Assembly (NCBI GenBank): GCA_951406725.2 | Contig: OX597819.1 | Span: forward strand, 29,016,001-29,080,000 | Direction: 5' to 3' | DNA: 64,000 nt | From: Octopus vulgaris | Taxonomy: Eukaryota | In this document: positions 11,367 to 25,246 of the stretch, piece by piece | Layout of the letters: every line of letters begins with the position of its first letter | Position numbering within the stretch: the first letter of the stretch is position 1 | Translations under genes and position numbers: made by a program | Notes under the pieces: model-generated | What the model saw: the letters and a program-made list of their open reading frames with translations, nothing else | What the model was told of the DNA's origin: nothing | Database searches by the model: none

Positions 11367-12723
11367 CTAGAAAAGCACTCTGAGAGCGCAGACCTCCGCC
11401 AAGCAGATCATTTCCACCCATATACACACATGCTGTAAATTGGCCAGTTTCCCAAACCAATGCCAGCAAAAACATAACCTCCTTCCATACTTATCTCGAC
11501 CATCATCATCTATCATGTATCTCTGCTTTCACCACAATCACCATCAAAACTATGATCACCACAATCAGTTTCTTTACACATTTGAAAATCCATTATCCAA
11601 TACTTATGGAACTGAGAGATTGTTGCAGATTTTTGATTTTTCTAATTTCGGAGTGCATTATTAAAAAAAAAAATGCATCTACAAAACAGAACAGTTTGAG
11701 GATAGAAACCAAGTCTAAACACAACAGCTTATAGACACATTCTGAATGTAGTTCTATATAAATCTTTAATAATTTTTTTTTTATTCTTAAGACTGTCAGA
11801 AATGTTAAGATATCAGCCTCTACCCATGTTGTCATGCTTTGATTAAACAGTTACAGCATAGATAAGTTTTGGGCAAAGTTGACTCAGACCATGACTAATT
11901 TAATAGCACCGCCTGGAAGAGATACACAGTCAGCTCAGCTGTGGGGAACCGTAGCCCATTCAAGCAGAGGGTTATTGTTTTCAGAGACATATCTAGGTGT
12001 GGGTGGTTTATCTGGTATTTATTTTAGATAATCATCTAGGGATTGTTTGAATGCCGTGAAGTCACTATCCTCCTTTATGTGTGTCTGGCACGATGTTGAA
12101 GAGAGCAGGGTCAATTGAAGTGAAATAGTTCTGTCATAGTGTTGTGATACGACACAAACATTTCTGTAGTGGACAGATGGCATGGGGGTCAAGCCTCGGA
12201 TGAATTCTAAAGAAGGGCAATGTTGATGGAATATTTTCCACATCATACAGATGATATAGAGCTCACAGCGGCGGTGGAGGTAGCAAAGTCTGAGCTTTTT
12301 GAGTCGATCCCATTAGTCAAGGCTTGTCATGTCATCCTCTGCAGACCTCCGCCAAGCATTTCATTTTAAGATAGATACAGGAAGAAAATTATTAATAGAG
12401 AAATGAAAATAAACTTTGGAAACAGCAATACCACCATAGGTTATGTAGAAATGATTAAGTGTTTTCAAGGGAGATAATCAAAGAACATAACATTGTAATA
12501 CTTCATGTAAAGTAGATATAACAAATGAAAAATCCTTCAAGAATCCATAAAAATTCCCAGATCATGACCAAATTATCATCATCTGTTCCTTGTGTCATTA
12601 CCAACTTTGCCTGCAAGTTTCATCAAATACCGTTCACAACTTTTTGAGTTATTTTGCACACAGACTGACAGACGGACAAACCAACGCTGATGAAAACATA
12701 ACCTCCTTCCTTGGTGGAGGTAA
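11367..12723 (+). mobile_element. Non-autonomous DNA element with subterminal inverted repeat (possibly Crypton-V-like), composite
   Basis: 5' end ctagaaaagcactctgagagcgcagacctccgccaag; 3' end aaaacataacctccttccttggtggaggtaa (cctccgccaag/cttggtggagg inverted). The superfamily assignment is from recalled terminal motifs, not a search. Confidence 0.5.
11890..12335 (-). mobile_element. CR1/Jockey-group LINE ORF2 C-terminal fragment
   Basis: Frameshifted translation gives WDRLKKLRLCYLHRRCELYIICMMWKI ... FKQSLDDYLK.IPDKPPTP, typical of CR1-group RT C-termini. Confidence 0.75.
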
Positions 12724-13244
12724 ATATAAAATTAAACACTGCAATGTAGTTTGTAACAATGTTTAGTATGAAATATGTGAGCGATTTAATATCATTGATG
12801 AAATATTAAGATTATTAATAAGATTGTTAGATGACCAGGATTGGTTGAGTTTATGAACAAAAGACATTACAGTATTTATTCATGACATTTTACATACTAC
12901 ATTTAAACCCTGATGGTATCAACTTGGCTTTTCAGCCTTCCAAGATCAAATTTTAGTATTGATTTATTCAACTATATACCTCTCTATTCAGCATCTCTCT
13001 ACCTACCTCAACTCGTAGCTTCTTGCTCATCCACCCTTTCTACCCTACCCATTTTGGCAGCCTGCCTTCCTATCTCCTCATACTCCTTCCCATACAATCA
13101 CTCAAAGCAATTATTCAACTCACTTTGTGGGGTTAGCTAGGCACCTTATCACCATTAGCCATCTCTTGAAGCTCCTACTATTCATTTTCTCTTTCTGTCC
13201 CCTTCACCTACTAGATGTGAGTAGTCATGTAGATCTGTTACGAA

Positions 13245-13528
13245 AGGGTTTTTTTGCTTTATTCTGGTGGACCCCATAGCCATTCAATGTTTAAAAACTA
13301 ATTTATAGAATCTTTAAAAATTCCTATTTTGTACATTAAGTTGATCTACGTTAAAATGTTAGAGAAAGAAACCTAGCTGTTTCTTGCAATACATACATCT
13401 AAAGCAAAATTTTTTTCACGGGCCCTAAAAATATTATTGTGGAGCCCCAATTTAATATTTTGTTGCGTAGACCCAAAAAACCTTATATAGACCCTCAAGA
13501 GCCATACGACCCTGGTTGAGAACCAATG
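13245..13528. mobile_element. hAT (Charlie-like) MITE remnant
   Basis: Ends in ggttgagaaccaatg (hAT-like TIR) and shares an internal segment (tgaatggctatg..gtccacc) in inverted orientation with 47090-47314. Confidence 0.55.
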
Positions 13529-13811
13529 CATTAAAAGAACAGGTACTGTCACACCCCACCCTCATAGTTTAATTCCTAGGTAACCCTCTTATCCCCAAAG
13601 TCTGTAGATTTTTCAGGCTGTATAGCAACCTCAGGTGACACAAAAATAGCACCCAACCCATCCTATAAAGTGATTGGTGTTAGGAAGGACATCCAGCCAT
13701 AGAAACCATGATAAAACAGACAGTAGAACATAATGCAGTCCTTGAACAGAGCAGATCCAGTGAAATCATCTAACCCATGCCAGCATGGAATATGGATGGA
13801 CATTAAATGAC

Positions 13812-14250
13812 GGAGGCCAGTCGGGGCGGCGCTGGCAATGGCCACATTCGGATGGTTCTCTTATGTGCCACCGGCACTGGTATCACAGCTACAATTTCCA
13901 TTGATGTTGATTTTGATTTTCACTTGCCTCAACAGGTCTTCACAAGTAGAGTTTTGTGTCCCAAGAAGGAAAGGTATGCATAAGTGGACTGGCATAGGTG
14001 GATTGGCTACATCCCAGGTAGAGGCCACAGGTTATGGTCTCACTTGTCCTGCTGGGTCTTCTCACGCACAGCATACTTCCAAAGGTCTCGGTCTCTAGTC
14101 ATTTCCTTGGCGAGACCTAAAGTTCGAAGGTCATACTTCACCACCTCGTCCCAGGTTTTCCTGGGTCTACTTCTTCCACAAGTTCCCTCAACCGCTAAGG
14201 TGTGGCACTTTTTCACACAACTATCTTCATTCATTCTCGCTACATGACCA
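13812..14250 (-). mobile_element. RTE-clade LINE 3' fragment
   Basis: ORF 14040-14234 encodes VEGTCGRSRPRKTWDEVVKYDL...MTRDRDLWK, the RTE C-terminal GRPRKTW..D.R..W motif, followed by 3'-UTR. Confidence 0.88.
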
Positions 14251-14424
14251 TAGCATTAAATTTTTGCTTTCATGGAATATATTTCGAATAGATTAAACTG
14301 ATAAAGAATCATTAATGGAATTAAATATTTTTCTGAACTGCAAAACAATTTCTGAACTTGAAACTGGACATATTTATGATGATCAAGAGTTTTAGAAAAA
14401 GGGTTTCTGGTTAACATGCAAATA

Positions 14425-14586
14425 GGTGCAGGAATGGGTGTGTGGTAAGAAGCTTGCTTCCCAACCACATGGTTCTGGATTCAGACCCACAGCATGGTAC
14501 CTTGGGCAAGTGTATTCTACGACAGCCTCAGACCAACCAAAGCCTTGTGAGTGGATTTGATAGATGGAAACTGAAAGAAACTTGTC

Positions 14587-14634
<48 letters not shown>

Positions 14635-14844
14635 ATTTGTGTGTCTGTGTTTGTCCCCCACCATCGCTTGACAATTGATGTTGGTGTGTTTATGTCCCCG
14701 TAACTTAGTGCTTTTGCAAAAGAGACTGATAGAATAAGTACTAGGCTTACAAAGAATAAGTCCTGAGTTGACTTGTTTGACTAAAGGTGGTCCCAAGCAA
14801 GGCCACAGTCAAATGACTGAAATAAGTAAAAGAATAAAAGAATA
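14425..14844 (+). mobile_element. Family A CORE SINE
   Basis: Full-length structure. Confidence 0.88.
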
Positions 14845-16635
14845 TATAAACTGTAAAAAAATAAAGAAAGGTGGGTAGCTAATTAACTAAAACTGCTTAT
14901 TTCTATAACTGACGTGCTAAAATTAACTATGTTTAATTAATCTCATATGTGAAGTAACTTTAATTAAATTAGAGAATAAATGACATGAAGATTATATCTT
15001 TTGTTTTTGAAGTTTTTCAAAGTTATAAGCTTTCTTTAAATCTTATAATTCAAGTATAATAGCTACGAAAGCTGATTTTTCAAAATCCAACCCATATTAA
15101 AACAGTGAAAGAATAGATGAAGAACACTCACAATCAAACAGTGTTAATGCATTTTTTGTTGTTTTTTTTTTGTTATAAACAAAGAATTAGTTAGATACCA
15201 ATAATGCGGAGTTAATTTTATGAGTAATATTCATTGTACATTGTTAGTAATAGAGTCTTCATTCAAGGAAAGTTTGAAGAAAAGAATTGCTTTTCGAGTG
15301 ATGCAGAAGTTGTTTATTTAAAAAAACTAGCAATTGTTTATTTATTGCTGTATTAAAAAACAAAAGAAAGCAAAAACAAAACCAAAACAAAGAACTGAAT
15401 AAAACAGGATTTTGTGTGATGCCCCTATAGCACATTTTTGTATGTTGGAAAATCTTGGAGCAAACATGGAAAGCAAACTTGAAGCAGACATGGAAATATC
15501 TTCAGTTATTTTTGATAACTGAAGATAAAGAATACCAAAAAGGTAAAACAGTTATTCTTATTCCTTTCCATGCAATGTTTCTAATCCTCAGCTGCTGAAT
15601 TTAGGTAAATACTTAGTAATTCATATAGAGAAGGAAATGGTTTCGGAAAATCCATAGCAGCAAAAATTGTTTTATAATAAGGAGAAATGTAGCAAATAGC
15701 AATATATTATTACACAAACAAAATTATCTTGAATGCAATTTAAATTTGTTTTACATGATAATGCTAATTGTAGTTACAATCATTGGCTTTTCTTTTCAGA
15801 TATTGATTAAAATGAGTTGCCGGAAACTCTTTCCCCTGTTACAGACTGACTGGAGTTTAATTTTGTTACAAAACTACATCCTGCAAACTTGTAGCTACAA
15901 TTTCCTTCAGAGTATCGTTTATATTTGTCAGTAATCACTAACCCATACTATTTATTCACCCAATTTTCACTATTCACTTGCTTCATTTTTACAAACCAGT
16001 TTCATTAACAAAAAAACAAAAGAAAAAAGAAATGAAAGAAATATATGTATTTTTTTATATAAAAACTATTCATGCTACGAAGGGTATCCAACCATAACAT
16101 TTAATTTTATACATGACTCCAGTATTAAATATTTAAACATTTGCTTCTAGTACTGGGAAATAACTGACCCTTTAATGTCTATATTTTATACACAATCGAT
16201 ACTTTGATTATGTGATGTGTTTGATCAGTAGAGAAGTTGAAAGAAAAGCGGTTGATAATTGGCTACAGTTTAAATGTTGGTTAAATAAATTTTGATATAA
16301 TTTATTAGTTTTCAAGCTACAGCTAATATTATGTCAGTGTAGAAACTTACATTATAACATACAGGAGGACTTGTCTTTCAAATCACTACATTGAATAGAA
16401 GAGAAGCTGTTTTGGGTGAGGATTATATTTGTGATTTTTTAAGTTTGTCTAACGGTGGCTGTCTAGGGTCTGAAATATTGATTCCTTTGAATATGCATTC
16501 AACCATGCCTTTTCATATGAAATAAAAAAGTATTTCAGTAATTTCTATTCCACATTATGCATAGAAATATTGCAATGTTTTACTTCAGAGAAAGAAAAAT
16601 GAAACAGCTTTCAAATTGCCCCTGTTTCTAGAACA

Positions 16636-16739
<104 letters not shown>

Positions 16740-18016
16740 CAACTGGCTTGAAGCATGATATATAGATTGTTAAAAGATGGACTTTAATCAGAGAAACCAC
16801 TAAACTGCAGAACATCTATCTTATTCTTTAATGCCACCAGTGTTTATACCTTTTACAAGAACCTTCATAAACACTTCATCAGTTGACATCATCAATAATA
16901 ATGATAATAATTTTTTTTCCTCCTAGGCACAAAGACAACATGTGCAAAGAACTGGTGTGATTGAAGTAATGAACTTCAGTATATAACTGATACTTATGTA
17001 ACTGATAGTGATGTATTTCATTCAGTTACATTTTCAACAAATGTGTTTACTGTTGTATTTAATCATATTAACTCTTTGTCAGAAAATACCTGGATATTTC
17101 CTGAAAATAAAGATTGCTTTTAAGATATATTTTAAAAATCATCAGTTTTGGTTGATTATTAAAGATACACTCATCAATGAGATTTCTTTTAGCGTTTTAA
17201 TAATTGTGCTTTAGCTTTAATTTGGATTTCATTTTTTGCATAAAGAATTTCGATAATAATGCTTCAAGAAATTTTCATATATCAACCTCAATTTGAAGAC
17301 AAAAGATATTAAAAGATTAAAAACAGGTATGCAAGCCTTAAGCACTATAAAATATATTGTAAAAATTAGGTCATTAAAGAGACTTGTTTACTGAGTGTTT
17401 GATACATTTACAAATAACAGTAAATGTTAAAACTGATTAAAATAATTGGAGTATACAGATAGATCCCAATCTTTGTCAGATATATTGAAACATTTTTTAA
17501 TCTCTTTTCATACAAGTCATACCATTCACTTGAATTGATATTGCTTAGGTCTGAGGCCTCCAAGAGTTAAATTTATACTTTTATATTTCTGTGTATAAAT
17601 GTGTTCCATGAATATCATTAATATTTATTATGATAAATGATTTAATTGACCAAAACTAACACATATTTCAATCTGAGATAGATTTTTGTGAAAGATTACT
17701 TATAATTTTTACACATGTACTAAAGAATATTTCAGTAAGTCTATAAATACTGTTTGACTCTTTTATTGGTTATTATTCTATTTGTGTTCCATTTCTTTAA
17801 TCATAAGATAGTAATGACTAGTTAAGATTTGAAATATATTAGTTCTGGGGTATGTCTTTAAACTGCATCTGGTAGTGGGGCCCTGGTTCAGGTGTTCTAG
17901 GATTTTGAGGAGTGTGGAATCGTCATTTAACTAACTCTGTTTCCAGGTCAACTCTGAGCTGGGGTAGCTGTCAAGTGGAGCTACTCCATTGGTTAAATAG
18001 CATGTAACCACTTTAA

Positions 18017-18236
18017 CCCTTTCGTTACCGTATTTATTTTGGGATGCTCTGTGTCTCTTTCAATTATTTTAAATATAACAAAGAATTTAGTAAAATAACT
18101 TAGTCATCATTAAGCTAGTGTTGGGAACATAAATTGGGACTAAGGTTTGGTGGAAGATTTTAATTCAAAACTTATGAAAACAAGACATTTATACTCAGAG
18201 CCAGGGCCGGTTTCAGCCGGGTTGGTAACAAAAGGG
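18017..18236. mobile_element. piggyBac-like TTAA MITE (family 1)
   Basis: TTAA|ccctttcgttacc ... ggtaacaaaaggg|TTAA. An inverted copy lies at 51228-51447 and a decayed copy at about 38140-38340. Confidence 0.9.
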
Positions 18237-18840
18237 TTAAAATCATGGGATGCAGCATGGTGGATGTGACTATTTCAGCAGATGAACAAACAACAAACTG
18301 TTAATGGCCAGGATCAACCATTTCAGTTAGCAAACTATAGTTATCATCTGTAGTCATGACATGTGCTGATGAGATATTTCAGTTAGAGAAAAGACCAATA
18401 TAACTAAAACCTAAGCTAAGCAAGCATGCCTTATTGCTCAATCAGGACATTTGAGATGAAAAAGTTGCATTGATCCAGGCAAGTCACCAGATAAGATTGA
18501 GAAATATATTTGTTAATACAATCAGGGTTTTTAAATGAGTTAGAATGATGAACTATTTGAAGGCAAGGCGATGAATAAAAACAGCAAAGTCTTTTGCTGG
18601 AGAAATTATATCCTTATAATCAGATATGCTTCAAATCCAAAATATTAAGAAATTATTCACATAATGTCTTTATAATTCATTGTTCTCAATATGACAAATG
18701 TGATGAATAATGATAAATAGTCATATGAGCTGTACAATAAGACAGCCATAGGGACTAATCAATCATAGAGACAGAAAGAGCAGTGAAAGAATAATAATAA
18801 TCATCTACAGACTTTCATGCCATAAGAATATGCAGTACCA

Positions 18841-19070
18841 GGCGGTGAGCTTGCAGAAATGTTAGCACATCAGGTGCAACGTTTAGCGGTATTTTATTTG
18901 CAGCTACATTCTGAGTTCAAATTCCGCCGAGGTCGACTTAGCCTTTCATCCTTTCGGGTTCGATTAAATAAGTACCAGTTACGCACTGGAGTCGATGTAA
19001 TCGACTTAATCCCTTTGTCTGTCCTTGTTTGTCCCCTCTATGTTTAGCCCCTTGTGGGCAATAAAGAAAT
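18841..19070 (+). mobile_element. Meta-domain SINE (family B) with long TSD
   Basis: Flanked by the direct repeat aagaatatgcagtacca (18824-18840 and 19071-19087). B-box gagttcaaattcc and central gccttt(c)atcctttcgg..tcga..aataagtacc as in MetaSINEs. Confidence 0.88.
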
Positions 19071-19629
19071 AAGAATATGCAGTACCAGTAACAATGCACA
19101 TGAAAATTCCTCTTAGTTATCCTTCTTTTATTAAGATGTTTAGACAAAAATGTATTGTAGCTGTGACTTCTAACAAGATACATAAATAGTGAAACATAAT
19201 AGATTATCATTGTTGCTGTTACAATTAAACTTGATACTTGTATAGGAAGACTGCTGTCTCAAGAAAACTATCTTCTTTATATGCTGCTTTGTGAGCTGGG
19301 ATACATAAAAGTAATAAACTAAAGATAAAATGGTGACCGTTGTTACGAGGTTATCTTCACAACAGCACAGTCCAAGATTTGAACCTACAACATGGCATTT
19401 TGGACAAGTGTTATCTACTATATCCTTGAGTTGACTAATACTCTGTGAGTGGAATTTAATAGTTGTAAACTGTGATGAAGCCTGTAATATATATCAAAAT
19501 AGATTGATAAAATAAGCCTCAAACTGAAATAAGTATTGGAGATAGAGATGATTAACTGAGGCCCTTCAAGGTATTTCATAATGACTGAAACTAGTAGAAT
19601 GAATAAAATGAACTTGGAATGTATTTTAA

Positions 19630-19855
19630 CCCTTTAGTGTTTAAACCGGCCAAATCCGGCCCAATGTTATTCTACATATTTTATATTCAAACTGGCAATA
19701 TCTAGCCTCTCACTCCTAACCTACAATGCCATTCTGAAAATAAATAAATAATCACATCATTGAAACCTCAAAGCTATAAGATAATGCATGATTAATTCAA
19801 GACAATTTGAGTGAAAAAGTACTACATTTAACAGAGTATTCTGAACACTAAAGGG
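19630..19855. mobile_element. piggyBac-like TTAA MITE (family 2)
   Basis: TTAA|ccctttagtgtt ... aacactaaaggg|TTAA. Confidence 0.9.
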
Positions 19856-20984
19856 TTAATCAAGATGACTGGCTAAACTTAAGAATGAAACATAAAAAAT
19901 TTCAGGATGAGCTGAAAGTCAGAACTTGTTTTTTTCGAAGAAGATTGTAGAGCTTTATAAATCAACTAATATCTAACAACTAATAATAAAATTATAGCTT
20001 TTTTCCCCTCCTTTTTCTGAAAAACTACATTTCTCCAATTTTCTATTTGGCTAAAGGGAGATTCTTTAAAAAAATTTGCCTGCCCCAATGCAATTGCATA
20101 AAGTCATAACAGATTCAGATGAAAGCAAGTCTGTTTAGATGAAGGAATGACACAAGAGTAGAAGTTTACGGTGTCATTTCATAGATCCTTCCTTCTAAAG
20201 TTAATTGAAATCTTTACCAGTTCAAAGGCAGTATTCTCAATGCTTAGGCTTTTGTCATGGCATGACAGCAGTACAATAGTATGATGGCACAGTTTATACA
20301 TTATGGTGATCTTTGATTCGTTCATTCCTATGAAACTTCCTTTGGTAAGCAAGCTAAGAAATGATATTCAAGAGAGGTACAGCCGTTTCCTTGACAGTGT
20401 ACCAATAAAATTCCGTTCTTGTTTCTATTGACAGCATAAGATCTTCAATTTTATACTGTCAAATTTGATTTTTGTTTACTTATTCTTTTATCTATATGAC
20501 ACAATCAGAAAAGTAATGTCCTGAGTAAAATATTAAATTGCATCTTGTGGCAATATTCCAGCTCAGGAGTTCAGGAATTATTCCTTGGTCACAACTACTT
20601 TCATGCTTGCTCTGACCCAGTGTAGTAGTATATGTCAAGGGCCTCAGTTATAGATTAAATAGCAGATGATGGTCCTGTGGTTAAGGCATACAGAAGTTAG
20701 AGAAGGTCTGGCTCCCTACATGTGTCACATAATCCCACTGCCATGTAAATATGTTCTGATGTCATGTGAACTTTCCTCTTGCCTAAGGATTAAATAGGCC
20801 CTTGGCCTCAAGGAGCTGCGGAGAGGAGGAGATTAGCTGAAAAAAAACAACAACCTATACATAAGCTGCCAGAAGGCAATGGAAACTACTGCTGTATCTT
20901 TCTCAAAAAAAGTCATAATACTTCAGACTTTGGCATAGAATTGATTCTCTCTTTTCATGCAATGTGCTAGTTTAATAGGTCTGG

Positions 20985-21305
20985 TACTCTTTCAGTTACA
21001 ATGATGAGGGTTTGAGGTGATCCAATCAACAGAACAGCCTGCTCATGAAATTAACGTGCTAGTGGCTGAGCACTCCACAGACACATGTACCCTTAATGTA
21101 GTTCTCAGGGATATTCAGTATGACACAGAATGTGACAAGGCTGGCCCTTTGAAATACTGGTACTACTAATTTTGGACAGCTGAGTGGACTGGAGCAATGT
21201 GAAATAAAGTGTTTTGCCCAAGGACACAATGTGTAGCCAGGAACTGAACTCACGACCTTACGATTGTGAGTTGAATACCCTACCCACTTAGCCATGCACC
21301 TTCAC
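20985..21305 (-). mobile_element. tRNA-derived SINE (family C)
   Basis: tRNA-like head (tggctaagtgg, gagttcagttcc) plus CORE-like ccttgggcaaaacactttatttc; body shared with 48438-48822. Confidence 0.8.
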
Positions 21306-21339
21306 AGCTTAATATGCATGGCACATGAAAAGAGAGTTA

Positions 21340-21600
21340 GAAGTGCTTGTGTTTGGAGTGGTGTAGGGTAGTGTGGTGTGTGGGTAGGGTGTGGTGTGAA
21401 CGGGTGTGTGTGTGTGTGGTATCAATGAAGAGAGGAGATGGTTAGGAGTGAAGAGAGGAAGGGGAGTCAGATGAAGAAAGGAGGGAGTTGAGCCCATGTG
21501 GTACAAAGGAGCAAAGAGAGAAAATTAATTCCTGTTCACAGCAAAGGTGGGAGTCCAGATGGCCCCTGTGCAAAGACAGTCTGAACACAGATAGATGTAG
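21340..21600 (-). mobile_element. Penelope-like element 3' fragment
   Basis: Colinear with 27600-27840, covering the end of the GIY-YIG domain (EQELIFS..PHGLN) and a CT-rich 3' region. Confidence 0.8.
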
Positions 21601-22177
21601 TTCTCAGGGATATTCAGTAGGACATAGAATGTGACAAGGCTGGCCCTTTGAAATACTTGTACTACTCATTTTGGCTGCTGGAAGTGAGGTAATTATCCTC
21701 AGACTAGAGACAATGTTTGTAATAGTGCACATGTTTATAGCATTCTTAGTTCTTGCATGTATTACAGTATTTGCTCAAAATACATGAAGTGTAATGATAG
21801 TCATCATCATCTCCACATTAGGTGCAGACATGGTTATGCAGTTACAAAGTTCCCTTTGCAACTACGTAGTTTTTTTTTTTTTGGTGGTATCAATTCCACT
21901 GTGTTGAACATCAGGCAAAGATAAGAAGATAAAAAATAGTGTCTTCTACTATAACCCCATGCTAACCAATGCCTTGTTAGTAAATTTCTTAGACAGAAAC
22001 TGTATTGAGGTCCATTGTGTGCGTGCATGCATGTGAGTGTGTATGTGTGTGCATATGTGTGGGTACATGTGCATACAAATATTTACATTCCATGTTAGTA
22101 TTATATGTTTTCAAAAGCCACTGGAATAAAAAAATATCCTGAGCATGAAAAACAGGAAAGGCTATAGGCATAAAATA

Positions 22178-22460
22178 CGACTTTGTTTTTCATCCTTTCA
22201 GGGTTGATAAATTAAGTACCAGTTGCATATTGGGATCGATCTATTCAACTGGACCCCTCCCCAAAAATTTCAGGCCTTGGGCAGAAAAGAATACTCTTTT
22301 CATCTGTCTTTATGTTCTGAGTTCAAATTCTGCCGAGGTCGACTTTGCCTTTCATCCTTTCGGGGTCAATAAATTAAGTACCAATTGCATACTGGGATTG
22401 ATCTAATTGACTGGTCCACTCCACCCAAAATTTTGGGCCTTATGCCTAGACTAGAAAAGA
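22178..22460 (+). mobile_element. Two tandem partial family B SINEs
   Basis: The gacttt..tttcatcctttc.gggt..ataaattaagtacca.ttgcata..gggat.gatcta block occurs twice. Confidence 0.8.
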
Positions 22461-22817
22461 ATATATTGCATTTCAATGCAACACCTTTGTCATGGTATTG
22501 GTCTAGTGCTTTGTTTCAAGAATTTGATGACTTAATTCTGTGCTATGCCATTTAATAAGAATTATATAAAATAGCTGATTTCATTAAATTTACCCTTCCT
22601 ATCATTAACAAAAGATGGATGATAAAGAAAAATTACCAAGTAATTAATTAGATAAAAACCATGTGACACAAAGTTGATTCCAGACACTTAAATTACAGAA
22701 GTAATTTGTTTTCCTTGTAATTAATCTGGATAAAATTTGTAGTGTTAATTGAGGTAAGACAACAATTATGTGATAGACAACATGTTTTCAGATATACATA
22801 GATTGTGAGTATGCATG

Positions 22818-22848
<31 letters not shown>

Positions 22849-23476
22849 TTATGTAAGTGTACATATAAACACACATGCACACATGAAATATATAAATACT
22901 CTATGTTACATCTTAAAAATATTGTTTATATTACGATGTGTGCCATTCTCTACTAAGCATACCTTGACAGGTACTTAATAATTAGTTGAATTGTCTTTCT
23001 AAAGGGAGATACCATATTAAGAGAATGACTTGTGAAAATACTGCATTTTGTCAAGGAAATCATAGCACTATAGTTTTATGAGAAGGTGGAAGCTAAGATA
23101 ACTTGCTCTAATCCTAGTAATCACTTGGCATCTGATAACACTTTTAAGTGGTTACCCACCAAAATATATGTTACATGCTTATCTTAATTTTTTCTGGTAG
23201 AGTTTTTCAGGATACAAGCAAAATTCATGAGAACTATAATGAAAGTAATTGCAAATATAAGAATTTTTGTGAAACACTAGCTTTTAATAAACTTTATATA
23301 ACTAATTATTTAGAGAAAATGAAATGGATGCTAAGAATGTCAAACTGAAACCAACATAATAAAGGTTGTAGTAATCTCATTCAAGTAACATTTTATTGTT
23401 TCATTGTTTTTTTTATACGTTATTTTAACCAATCAAAGACCAGTAGTTTATAAGTAAGTTTTAGACTGCTGGACTA

Positions 23477-23817
23477 AAGGGTAAAGACCCCCTTCGGTCA
23501 TGAATGACCTTGGGATTGCACCTAGAAAGTTACCCTTCTAGACACAAGTCCGGGCAAGGTTGTTTATGGACGGCCAGCAGTCGCCCATGCATACCAGCCT
23601 CCCCTCTCCACGCCACCAGCGTTATTCAAGGGAAAGACAAAGGTCGATACAGCTTGGCACCAGTGACGTCGCAACTCATTTCTACAGCTGAGTGAACTGG
23701 AGCAACGTGAAATAAAGTGCCTTGCTCAAGAACACAACACGCAGCCCGGTCCGGGATTCGAGGTCACAACCTCACGATCGTAAGCTCGACGCTCTAACCA
23801 CTGAGCCATGTGCCTTC
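23477..23817 (-). mobile_element. tRNA-derived SINE (family C variant) with TSD
   Basis: 12-bp TSD actgctggacta (23465-23476 and 23818-23829) and a tRNA head tggctcagtggttagagcg. Homologous to the plus-strand copy at 61657-61990. Confidence 0.88.
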
Positions 23818-24300
23818 ACTGCTGGACTACTACTTATAGATTTATTGAAATGGAAGTCAAGATTTTCTCTTATTTTCAATCAACAGCCACAGACAAGCTG
23901 TCTTATTTCTCTTTCTTCCTTTCAACTAGAGTTAGCTTTCTCTTGGGTTTTTCCTCAATAGAATAGAATCAACTGTTTTAAATTGTTTGCAGAATGAGAT
24001 GCCAATTAATATTTCCATCAGTTTAAAATATATAAACTTCCCTACCTATCTTTTTACTGTTGACCATTATCAATCTGCTTTTACATATTTGACTTTTACA
24101 ATATACATGTACACTCTCACAGCACATTATGCACACCTAACTTATTATTAATATTATGTAACTAAACATTTTTGTTTTTTTACTGCTGTTTCTCCAATGT
24201 ATTTTTAACATGTTCTCACAAAACCATATTCACTCTGACTATTATTATTATTGAATTTTTGTGCCAAACAAAACTAGAAGAGGTTTATTTTCTCTTAGTA

Positions 24301-24704
24301 TACTCTTTTCTCTTTTACATGTTTCAGTCATTTGACTGCGGCCATGCTGGAGCACCGCCTTTAGTCGAGCAACTCGACCCCGGGATTTATTCTTTGTAAG
24401 CCCAGTACTTATTCTATCGGTCTCTTTTGCCGAACCGCTAAGTGACGGGGACGTAAACACACCAGCATCGGTTGTCAAGCAATGCTAGGGGTACAAACAC
24501 AGACACACAAACACATACATATACATATATATACATATATACGACAGGCTTCTTTCAGTTTCCGTCTACCAAATCCACTCACAAGGCATTGGTCGGCCTG
24601 GGGCTATAGCAGAAGACCCTTGCCCAAGATGCTACGCAGTGGGACTGAACCCACAACCATGTGGTTGGTTAGCAAGCTACTTACCACACAGCCACTCCTG
24701 CGCC
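24301..24704 (-). mobile_element. Family A CORE SINE, young
   Basis: Retains most CpGs and is nearly identical to 50437-50855. Confidence 0.92.
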
Positions 24705-25198
24705 TATGTGGAAAATGAAACCAAAAGACATAATTCATTCATGTTAGCTCTATGAACATTACTTTAATTTCCATTGGGTTTAAGAATATCAAAAGCCAAA
24801 ATGCATTTCTGAAAAAAATTTCAAGAAAATATTTCAAGAAATTAAATTATATAAATACAGGTTTTCTTAAACATTTACCATTTTTTGTCATATTTAAAAA
24901 CGTTTGTCTTCAAATGTTTTTTCGTTTTACATATTGCCTAGGGGTCTTAGATAAACCCTTGTAAACATCTCAAATGACTTCCTTTCTCTATTTTTCTCTC
25001 TCTCTCATTTTCTTTTCTTTCTTTTTTTTTTCTGCACTGTTGCTTGCTCAAATTAAATTTTAACACGTTCTTATAGAAAACCAGCATTTATTTATGACAT
25101 GACTATTCAAGAATAGTTTCCACTTAGTTTATTCAGAGATCACATGAACATTAAAAGGTCATTCTACTTGTAAATGTAGAGTGAAAACTGCAGCACAC

Positions 25199-25246
<48 letters not shown>

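Noticed and set aside
21559-21580. atggcccctgtgcaaag resembling U6 snRNA
   Set aside because: It lies within the Penelope endonuclease remnant and is a short chance match.
23760-23817. tRNA-like sequences (also 48750-48822 and 61660-61730)
   Set aside because: They are SINE heads continuous with SINE bodies, two of them TSD-flanked, not tRNA genes.
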